A stretch of 64,000 nt of DNA from Heterodontus francisci (Eukaryota): positions 114,398,257-114,462,256 of the forward strand of contig NC_090375.1 of assembly GCF_036365525.1 (NCBI RefSeq), written 5' to 3'. Below the pieces are notes generated by a model. That model was not told the DNA's origin. It made no database searches and was given only the letters and a program-made list of their open reading frames with translations. Of the stretch, positions 11,723 to 22,100 are shown one piece after another (the stretch's first letter is position 1; each line of letters starts with the position of its first letter). A program made the position numbers and the translations under genes.

Positions 11723-12020
11723 AGAGAATTCCAAAGATTCACAATCTTTTTGAGTGAAGAAATTTCTCCTAATCTCAGCCCTGAATCATCATCCCTTTAT
11801 GCTCAGACTGTGCCCCGTGTTTTAGATTCCCTGACCAGTAGAAATAACCTCTCTTGTGTCGACCCTGTCAAGCCCCTTCAGAATCTTATAAGTTTAAATG
11901 AGATTACCTCTCATTCTTCTAAACTGTGGAGAGTATAGACCCAATTTACTCAGCCTCTCATCATAGGACAACCTTTTCATCCCAGGAATCAATCTAGTAA
12001 ACCTCTGATCTACTGCAAAC
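11723..12020 (-). mobile_element. CR1 (HER1-like) 3' fragment, continuing from 10560-10684
   Basis: Matches the 3' region of the CR1 at 60667-64000 (gaagaaatttctcct, accctgtcaag, gagattacctctcattcttctaaac). Confidence 0.75.
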
Positions 12021-12034
12021 CTCCAAAAATAATT

Positions 12035-12280
12035 CGGTAATGACCAGATAATCTGTTTTTGTGATGATCATGGGATAAATATTGGCCAGGACACAGGGAA
12101 TAACTCCCCTGCTTTTCTTCGAAACAGTGACATGGGATCTTTTATGTCCACCTGAGAAGCAAACAGGGTCTGTGTTTAACTTCTCAACCGAAAGAAGGCA
12201 CCTCTGACAGTGTAGCACTCCCTCAGTGCTGCACTGGAGTGAGCCTTGAATTTTGCGCTCAAGCCCTCGTGGGACTGGAG
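12035..12280 (-). mobile_element. Deu-domain SINE fragment
   Basis: Reverse complement of the central part of 9312-9764. Confidence 0.7.
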
Positions 12281-12569
12281 GAGAGAGCAAAAGGAGAGAT
12301 CTGTGATGAGATGAATGGCAGGAAAGGTTATGTGACTGTTGTAGGGAATTGCCAAGTGCAAAGGCACCTGCAGTAAATATCATACTGTTTAAATGTTATT
12401 TGAGTAACCAGTAACATATAATCTTAGTGAACAGTGAGGAGGTTGCAAAGCACCATGGGGCTCAGTTAACTTGACCACATTCCACAGGAGCTGAATAATC
12501 CAATCTCAAACAAAAGCTAATTAAATGAAAAGCAGACGTCCTTGTGGAATGCTGACAAAGGTACCAGCC

Positions 12570-12924
12570 TGTAATGAGGTTAAGATAAGGTGGGATGCGT
12601 TCATGAGAACCAAGGATGATAGATAAGGGGGAATGGAAAACATCATGGGCTGGTCATGCAGCCCCTCTATGCCTAGTAACCGCTTCTATTGGCTCTAATA
12701 ATCAATGTATATAATCTATAATCGTTGTGATTGGACCATGTCCGGCCGTGATGGGCTGAGTAACTGTTTGAAAATGTATAAGTATGGATGATTTTCCTTT
12801 GTTCAGTGGAGAGGTATCTGGACAGCCCAGTGACCTACTCCCCGCTGGCGTAACTAAATAAACTGTTTGACATTGGAGCAGACCTGAGTGTCGAGTGATT
12901 CTTCTAGATTCATTCCCGCTAACA
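12570..12924 (+). mobile_element. Possible short solo LTR
   Basis: Starts TGTAA and ends TAACA; internal ATTGG boxes, TATAA near 12777 and AATAAA near 12857. No TSD found. Confidence 0.35.
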
Positions 12925-13019
12925 TGACTAAAGAGATGAGGGAGTGGGACAAGTAAAACAAAAGATGGGTCTAGAAGTGCAAATGGGAATTGCAGAATCA
13001 CCACCAACAGCTGCTGTCT

Positions 13020-14400
13020 GGGGGAAAAAATGGGGTAGTGGTTATGATCTGAAATTGCTGAACTCGGTGTTGAAGGTTGTAAAGTGCCTAATTGAAAGAT
13101 GAGGTGCTGTTCCTTGAGTTTACATTGCGCTTCATTTGTTCACTGTCGGAGGCTGAGATTAAACTGGGAGTGGGATGGAAAATTAAAATGACAGGCAACT
13201 GGAAGTTCCTGGGTCAGGCTTGTGGTTCTGCAAAACAATCACCCAATCGGCATTTGGTCTCCAATGCAAAGGAGACTGCATTGTGAGCAGCGAATACAGT
13301 ATACTAAATTGAAAGAAGTACAAGTAAATCATTGTTTCACCTGGAATGAGTTGGCCCTGGACAGTGGGCATGGAGGAAGTACGAGGGCAAGTGTTGCATC
13401 TCCTATGCTTGCACAGGATGGGCCATGAGAAGGGGAGGGGTTGTTGGTGATTCAGGAGTGGACCAGGGTGTGGCAGAGAGAACAGCCCTTTTGAAATGGT
13501 GAAAGGGGAAGGTAAGATATGTTTGGTATCATCTCTCGGAAGGTTGCAGAAATGGAGAAGGATGATTCAGTTGAATGTGGAAGGTATGGACAAGGGGAAC
13601 CCTATCATGGTTCTGGGATGGAGTAGAAGGGATTACAGCAGAATTGCAGGAAATGGGAGAGACAGGGTGAAGGACCCTGTCAACCATGGTGGAGGGGAAT
13701 CCTCGGTTGAGGAAAAAGGAAGACACATTGGAAGCACTGGTATTGAAGATCGTATCATCAAAACAGATGCAACGGAGTCAGAGAAATTGGGAGAATGGAA
13801 TAGAGTCCTTGCAGGAAGCAAGTTGAAAGGAGGTGTAGTCAATATAGTTGTGCAAGTCAGTGAGCTTACAGTGGATATTGGTTGATAACCTGTTTCCAAA
13901 AATAGAAAAGTGGAGGAAGGGAAGTGAGCAATCGAAGATGGACCACATGAAGATGAGAGGAAGGTGGAATTTGGAAGCAAAGTTGCTGAAATATTCCAGT
14001 TTGTGGCGAAAACAGGAAATGGCACCAATACTGTTAACAAAGAGAGGGGGCCTGAATAGTATTGGAAAAAAAATATTCCACACATCCCACAAAAAAGGCA
14101 TGCATTGTTAGGACCCATATTGTACCCATAGCAATACCTTTTATATGGAGGAAGTGAGTGGAGTTAAAGGAGAAGTTCTTCAAAGTAATAACAAGTTCAG
14201 CCAGGTGGAGGAGGATGGATGGAGATTGGTTGGACCTCAGTTCAAGGAAGAAGCGTAGGAATTTCAGATCAAACTGGTGGGGGATGGAGGTGTAGAGGGA
14301 TTTGGAACTCCATGGTGAAAAGGAGATGGTTAGGACCAGAAAACTGGAAACTGTTATAATGGCATAGGGCTTCAGAAGAGTTACAGATGTAGGTGAGAAG
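13020..14400 (-). mobile_element. Decayed Penelope-like element (RT + GIY-YIG)
   Basis: Minus-strand pieces [61 protein letters not shown] and YCIRCSQCSLL; homologous to 53076-54080. Confidence 0.85.
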
Positions 14401-14419
14401 AGAAAGGGGGCAAAGTGAG

Positions 14420-15358
14420 TGTTCTGACCGGATGAGAAGTGGTCTAGGGGCTCCCTCTCAGCCTTTGCCTCGTTTAACCGTAACAGTTTAATTTTCAGAA
14501 CACCATATTTTAGCTCCCCCTCAGTAAATCCTTGTTCACTTTCCAATTGTAAGGCAAAGAAATCAATTAGACCTGTTTTCTCAGATTTAAACAAGAAAGG
14601 TGGAAGTTTATTAACCTTAAACTCTAATCCGGTTAACGACTATGAATACGCGATGCGACCACACTAGCATGCATAAGCGATAAACACACACACAGATAGA
14701 GACAGAAAAAGTAGAAAGACTAAAGCGGATAAGTTTGAGGAAATAGCTGGGTTGTAATTACAGTCCTTTGAATTCGATGTGGAGTCTTTGGTTGTCAGTA
14801 AGTCCTGCTGTTCATTGGGGCCCAGTGCACGCTTTAACTTGTTCCAATGTAGGAGTCTTTTTTCTCGAGGTTTAAGCAACTTCAGTGGGTCCAGAGGTTT
14901 GTGAGAAAGTGAGACAGAGCCAGCCAGGAGAGAGGCTCTCTTTTTCCAGGTTCAGTTGCAATCTGCAGTCTGTCTTCAAACTGTCTTGTGAGCACAATTC
15001 AAAACTCCAAGTTGGCCAGCAAGTTAGTCATGTGACTAACCCCTTATTTAGGAACAACCGCTCCTGTGGTTTGTGGATTTCAAAGTTCTTGTTTGGGGAG
15101 GGGGGAGGGGGTAGTGCTGTCTCTTACACCAATAAGATGTGGATCACCATTGCCCAGACCAATCTCTGTTAATTGAATCAGTGAGCATTCCCATTGTCTT
15201 TTGCTAGGCGGCCACTTTTAGTATGCAAATGTCATCCAGCTAAATGTCTGGTGATCTCTTTAAAGAAATCATTTCTTCACTCCCGCAACAGTTTAAAATT
15301 AATGTTCATATGATGAAATTAATAGCTTCATTCTTGGCAAGTGAGGGTCTTCATGACA
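14420..15358 (-). mobile_element. Putative solo LTR (about 940 bp)
   Basis: Termini TGTTCTGA...TCATGACA; flanks tgag/ggag (3/4 match); minus-strand AATAAA near 14610. No coding capacity. Confidence 0.5.
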
Positions 15359-15709
15359 GGAGAAAGTGAAACAGAAATAGTTGACCAATCTTTACATTTG
15401 AGGTTGTTCTTCATGAGAGCACTCCACCAATGTGATCATCTAAATGTCCAGATACTGGTTTTCATTAACTTTCAACTGTGTAGCTCTCATCAATAATGCA
15501 TAAATGCTTTATAACTAGGGGTCTAATCTGTACATATGCTCCTTAATACTACACTATCATCACTTATGCCAATGAGTTACAAAGTAAAACTTCAACACAC
15601 CCTACCCTGGATGCAATATCCGCATTTTCAGCTCCTCCTACACCACCGTCCAGAGCCCTAAACATTCAGGTGTGACATTATAATTTGCTTGTACTTTCTC
15701 TGGGAAACT

Positions 15710-16692
15710 TGTTATGACCTCTGTTGAGACCATTAACTTTAAAACAAGAGATATGAACTCCCCAGACCAATTAAAGAATTGCACAAGTTTTAAGACTTTT
15801 ACTATAATAATTAAATTAAAAATCAACATTAACTAAACAGTACTTAGTAGGTAGCTAATACATTAAATTACAGATTACTATTTCCCATTAACTTATTAAA
15901 ACACTTGAAGCCCCCACACCTCATTTATATGTTACAGTGTTTTCATTCAAGTTGGTAGCTTTGCAGTTAAAAGTCCCAAACTCCTGCCAGTTGGATCTCC
16001 CAGTCCTTAACAAAGCCAATGTCCTCTTTGCTCACTTCTACCGAGCACACACAACTTGGATTTGCATTAATAAGGCAATCTCTGGTGACCCTGTTGGTCT
16101 TTTCTCCTCCACAAACCTTGACTTTCGAACCGGGTTCAAATATTAGCAGCCTTTCAATTTATCAGTGTTCTGAGAGCAGTTGTTTTCTCTTTCTTCTTAG
16201 ACTGTGCAGCTTCTGCTGGTTTCTTTGTGTCTTCCTTTCTTTCTTACAGCCTGTTGAATTTATCCAGAATCACTGTCAATAGCCGTTTTCCTTTTACAAT
16301 ATTCAGAGTCCATACTTTTGGCCATATCAAAATGACCTGGGTCTTTCATTGTTTCCAAATGTTAGCAATTGCAACTTGAATTTGCATTTCGAGCCCCAGG
16401 CTCCCTGTTTACGATCTGAGAGTCTGGGAAAGTGGAACCCGTTGCCTGTTAGGTGTTACAACTTTGTACCTGTTTTCAAAAGGGTTTTTGTTTGGGGTTC
16501 CTTGTTGTCATGGTAACCAAGACCCCTGGCTTGTTAATAAAAGCCAAAAAACTGCAGCTGCTGGAACTCTGAAATGAGAACAGAAAGTGCCTGGCTTGTT
16601 TTTGTTTTTGGGCAGACTTGGTGTGAGGTCACTGCATTAAAGATCACAGTTTTAAAAACATAATCATACTATAAAGTTCAGCATTCATAACA
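15710..16692. mobile_element. Solo LTR (983 bp) with 4-bp TSD
   Basis: Perfect 8-bp inverted termini TGTTATGA...TCATAACA, flanked by aact (15706-09 and 16693-96). Confidence 0.75.
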
Positions 16693-16789
16693 AACTATAT
16701 TCGCTGGTCACAGAATGGTCTCTCTATTCTAGGAAGACCAAATAGTTGATTAAGTGACTACTTTGACAAACACATCCATTTTGCTTGCA

Positions 16790-17347
16790 AGTGCAACCCT
16801 GAGCTACCTCTGGCTCATCGCTTTAAGTCTCCCTTCCATTCTGACTCTGACCTCTCTGTCATTGGCCTCATGCACTGTTTCAATGAAGCTCAATTCAGGC
16901 TTCAAATTTCATCTTTCTGCAAATCACCTCACAACTCTTTTGAATGAACATGACTTCAGTGAGTTTGCACATCAGCTATAATCTCATTTTCAAAACTATA
17001 TTAACTTCACACCTGATTTCTAGGTTTCATGGTTTACATCTTTTCCATTTTCTGACATTTCCCCCATTCCGTTTGTCATTTACCCCTTCCTTTAATGTCT
17101 TAATATTTCTGTCCATTGCTTGACCAAGGTGATTTGTTACTTTGTTCCACTCATACATCTGCTCTGGATTTGTCCATATATATGATTTCCCTCTTTTTCT
17201 GATTGATTTAATATGCCTGTCAATTTTTATTTTGCAGTTTTGAAGGGTCTGTGCCTGAAATATTAACCTGTCTCTTCTCTCCACTGATGCTGACTGACGT
17301 GCTGTGGGTTTTCTGCAATTCCTGTTTGTATATCAGATTTCTAGCAT
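16790..17347 (+). mobile_element. Decayed Penelope 3' end, interrupted by the following solo LTR
   Basis: ctctgtcattggcctcatgcactg and cctgaaatattaac...cagatttctagcat; the terminal bases resume at 18315 (gcatctacag). Confidence 0.55.
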
Positions 17348-18314
17348 TGTTATGATCCTGTAGTTTTTTCTTCAGGAAGAATGCGGTGTGACTTTAAGGA
17401 TGGAAAAGGAGCTGTACTGCTTTAAGAACCAGCAAGCCTCAGGAGTTCAAGAGAGTGCATTTTGGTTGCCGTTGGTTACAAGCGTAAGGAGAGGGAACCA
17501 ACCAACTTCAAAGAATGCATCCTGGTTACCCGTCAACAGCCATTCAGAGACCAAGGACCGGATATAAAATGTTGCAATTATCTTTTGAACTGGCTTTTTA
17601 GTTGAGACAGACTGTTCTAACGAGGTCACAGAGAGACAGCTGTGTGTTAGCACCTGTAAGGAGATCTCTCAGACCATTTAAACTGAAGGAAGAGAATTTA
17701 GGCTGTTTATTATTCTCTCAAAATTCTAAAAAGTCAAGCCAAAACAGAGATCTCTGATAACTTAAACTGAAGGAAGGGAAGTTAGACTGTGACAATCTTT
17801 TACCCTCAAAAATTCTAAAGCCAAATTGATTCATTAAAAAGTGTTTGCAAGTGGTTAATTGTGGAAATTCATCGCTGGAGAAGGAAAGCAATAATTTTGA
17901 CTTCTGGATTAGACTACGGGCTGTCCTACTGTTCAAGAACCTTTTTTTCCCCTCATTGGATGGCTGTGAGGACTTCAAGCAACCTTGGACTGTTCCACAT
18001 CTGGCAGGAGTGTATATCTGCAAGGACTCTAATTTTTTCTATTTTTAAATGTTGTTTATATCTTAGTGTTTAACAATTTCGTTTTTCTAATTAAGTAGTT
18101 AATTGTTGATTTAAAGGCATCTGGTTTGGTTAGCCTCATTCGGGGATTAATAGAATTTACAATTTGGCTGGGTCTTTCTTTAATTTGGAAAATTTAAAAT
18201 GATATGTTAGGCGATCTGTGGAGGGATGGGATTGAGTTAAAGTGCATTTCTCCCACCACAATCAGAATCATATATTTTGATTGGCGGCTTTGACTGCAGC
18301 AGTCGGTCGTAACA
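17348..18314 (+). mobile_element. Solo LTR (967 bp) with 4-bp TSD
   Basis: TGTTATGA...TCGTAACA termini; gcat at 17344-47 and 18315-18. A second family member lies at 57784-58671. Confidence 0.85.
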
Positions 18315-18679
18315 GCATCTACAGGGTTTTTTGTTTGCTTTTTTCATTATGTACTTTTGTATTACTGCGGTATGGAGGCAAATGTGTTCAGTTTTCACAC
18401 ATGGATGCCATTTTTGGTTGAAGAGGAATGCTGGCCATCTATTTCAAATTGCATAATGGAATCATTTACATCTCATTTAAAAATGGCAACTCCAGCAGTT
18501 TAGCACTCCAGGAAATATTAACCTGGATTATGTGCTTAAATCCTGGAGTGAGGCTTCATCTCTCTACTTTCTGCCTTTGGTATGAGCATTCTGCCAATTG
18601 AGCAAAACTGGCACTCAGGTTTTCTGTTCTTGCATTTCTAAGACATTTGTTGCTCAAATGTGAGTGTTATTCAAATAAA

Positions 18680-18962
18680 TAAGGAGAAACTGTTTCCTGA
18701 TAATTGCCAATGGAACCAGAGAGAAGATGAGGAATTGTTTTTACTCAGTGAGTTGTTAGCTGGAAGGATGGCGGAAGCAGATTCAATAGTAACTTTCAAA
18801 AGGGAATTGGATATATACTTGAAAATTCTGAAGGACTATGGGGAAAAAGCAGGGGAGTGGGACTAACTGGAAAACTCTTTCAAAGAGCCAGTAGAGGCGA
18901 GATGGGCCGAGTGGTCTCCTTCTGGGCCGAGTTGTCTCCTTGTGTGCTGTCAGATTCTATGC
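18680..18962 (+). mobile_element. Decayed CR1 3' end
   Basis: gagaaactgtttcc, tttcaaaagggaattggatatatactt and gatgggccgagtggtctccttctg tail. Confidence 0.65.
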
Positions 18963-19093
18963 CTTAGTATTGTGCTAATGGATGGATATCGAAAAATGCT
19001 GCTGAGATTTTTTTTTAACTATCATAAGGTTGTTTATTTTGTGCTGGGGATATTATTCCCTCCTATCCCATAGTTCCCCACTGTTTGAAAGGC

Positions 19094-19146
19094 ATGGCCG
19101 GTCGGGAAAGAGTTGTTCACTTGTTGAAGCAGCTGCAACTGGCATC
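19094..19146 (+). CDS. ADHFE1: ADHFE1 coding exon 1
   Basis: [19 protein letters not shown]|gtaagt; mitochondrial-leader-like; locally CpG-rich. Confidence 0.85.
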
Positions 19147-22100
19147 GTAAGTGACCAAGACCGAACCAATTGGGGTTTACTTTTAAAGGAATGATTGTGG
19201 ACCCGATCTCTCCCTTATTCATGTCGCTGCTACTAATGGCACTGAGTTGTAGGCCGGTCAGTGTGTGTCGAGTGTCAGTGCTGGGATCAGTAGGTCGCCA
19301 GCAATCCGCTGCCGTGTTTTCCTGCATTTACAGACGCCCTGAACCGCTGCTGTCGGCATTGCAGGAGATCGCGGCTATTGCTGAGTCAGTGCTCAAGGAC
19401 ATCAGCTTTTGTATCTTGTACAGTAATTTCTCTGCCATTATCCGTTATCCCCACCCGCATTTGCAGCGTAAATGCAGCAGTCCCTATGTAGAAATTTGTG
19501 GAGCACTCATTCGGGCTTTATCTAAATACGCAAATTTAGCCACTGCCGAGTGAAACCCGAGAATATGTAGTGCATGTGTATTTATAGCTATGAAAATCGA
19601 CGATTATGTTGTATGTTTGGTTGGTCTGCTGCCAACTTTGTATATTTGGTTCGTCTAGCTAGGAGAGATTACTGATTCATGTGATCTCTTACATCATCAT
19701 GGTGAAAGGTATTCCTCACAGGCTCAACCATTAACTCTTTCAAACCCTTATACAACATCTCTTCCCAAGTCTTCTATATATGTATATTTATGTAAAAGTA
19801 AAAAATGAATTTATACTGCCCCATCTCCCCCCAAGTCTCTGGCAGCACAGATTCAGTCTGTCTGGAGGCTTCACAACTCTCCCTGATGGTATTGTCAGAC
19901 TTGGAAGATCAGTAATCTTTCTCTGAATGCTTGTTTCTTGACTTGGATGGCCTTTCTCTGAGGATTGTAGTATCTAGTGCTTTCTGAATTTCAGGTTCAA
20001 CATCTAGTTCATCCAAATCTATGACTGATTAACGTCTTTGATGAATAGAAATAACATTTCTCCTGTTGATTCTCATCTCGCTGGGCAATTACTCCTTGGT
20101 CTCATACCCATACCTTTTCTCCTTGCCTCAACTTAAGTAGGTTCCTGGTACAATATTTCCTATTAGCATTATAAGCTTGTTGCTTTCAGTAAGACTTTTC
20201 TCTGTTTTGAACTTTCTGATAATCCTAGACCTCTAACCCTAGAAGTGACTTTTTGGGTAGGATGGGAAGTTGTAGATTTAAGTTTTCTTCTCATCAACAG
20301 TTCTGATGGTGCTAATCCACATAGCAATGGAGTAGATCAATAGTTTAGGAGTTCTGTTTGAATATTTTTATTTAACAGTGCTTTGATAGTTCTGAATCTT
20401 CTTTCAGCTTCACCGTTAGATTGAGGATATCTAGGGGAACTTGTAAGATGTACAAATCCACAGTTTTCCGCAAAGTGCCGTGAAGTAGCCATTTGCAAAT
20501 TGTGGTCCGTTATCAGAAACTCTGGTCAGGTAGAATGACTGTCTCAGTTGTCATTGTGTGCAAATGTTTGACCTCAATCCACCTTAAAAAAAAAGTTGAC
20601 AATCAGGTAGGATTTTCCATTAAACATGAATGGTTTGGTTGGAAATTGGGTCGAGATAAGGGATTCCCTCCGATCCTGTCTGTGCACTGTGCATTCCTGA
20701 CAATTAAAAATAATTTTCTCTATATCACTCAATATTCCTTGCCGCCACATGGACAACTGAGCCTGTACTCTACCTTTCGTTTTATCCATGTGGCCCTGGT
20801 GTATTTTCTCCAAGATGTCTACCCAGAGTGCATCCGGAATCACCAGCCTCTTGTCATATAGCAGCAAATCATCCACAATAGTAAAGTGCCTTCTGTGTTC
20901 AAAGAAGATTTTTATCCTCTTACCACTGGGACGCTGTTGCAGCCAACCTTGCTTGCAATATTGGTGGATATGGATGCATTCCTCATCTTGCATCTGAGCG
21001 TGACGAATTTCTTGGAGCTTTTATGAACTTGTCGGCCATTGTGATGCAGTGAACTGAGAATATAATTCAATCTCATAAATTAAGTTAACATCCTGTTGTG
21101 TAGGATGATCAACAGTAGCTCTGGACAATGCATCTGTTGCCATTTGTTGCTTGCCCTGCACATATACTGTTTCGTACATGAACCTCATTAGCCTCAAACA
21201 GAACTTCTGGATTCTCGGAGGCATCTTAGCAAGTTCCTTTTCATCAAGTAAGGAAACTAGGGGTTTGTGGTCTGTCTCTATGACAACTTTTAAGCCGATA
21301 ATATAATCTGAGAACTTCTCACAAGCCAACATGACTGCGAGAGGTTCTTTCTCTATGATGGTGTACCTCGACAATGTTCATGACGCATAATAAACCAGTC
21401 TGCGACATCCATCTGACTGTTCTTGAAAAAGGACTGCCCCTAACCCTGTAGATGAGGTGTCTGCTGCAATTGAGGTCGGTAGTGAGGGGGGCAGGGGTCA
21501 TAATGTGCTAAAATATCTGGCAAAATCAGCATCTCCATGATCCTTTAAAATGCCTAGTCCTGATGTTCATCCCAGCCCCATGCTTGAACTTTCCTTAATA
21601 GTTGTCATAAGGGCTAGATTGGGTAAAAAAATTTCCAACTGATTAACCATTCCAAGGAATCGCTGAAGATCTTAGACAGATGTAGGAAGTGGGAATTCAC
21701 TCATGGCTCTCGTCTTTTGCAGGCCTACCAGTATGCCTTTGCTACTAACAATGTGTCCTAAGAAAAAAACAGATGTTTTTGAAAATTCACATTTTTCCTT
21801 AAGTGTCAGGCCACCTTCTTGTAGGCGATTCAAAACTGTTCTAACCCTCAGGTCATGTTCTTAAATGGATTCACCGTGAACTAAGATGTCGTCCATATGG
21901 CATATTACTCCTTTAAGGCCCTGTAGAATGTTCAACATAGTTCTTTGGAATATTTCCAGTGCTGATGTTATACCGAATGGTAAATGATTAAAACAAAATC
22001 TTCCTGAATGGCGTAATGAAATTTGTCAACAACCTTGACTTCTTATCTAATGGAACTTGCCAAAAGCCACTATTTGTGTCAAGCTTTGTGAACATGGTAC

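Noticed and set aside
19170-19553. 127-aa ORF just after ADHFE1 exon 1
   Set aside because: Non-ATG start, inside intron 1, no homology I recognise.
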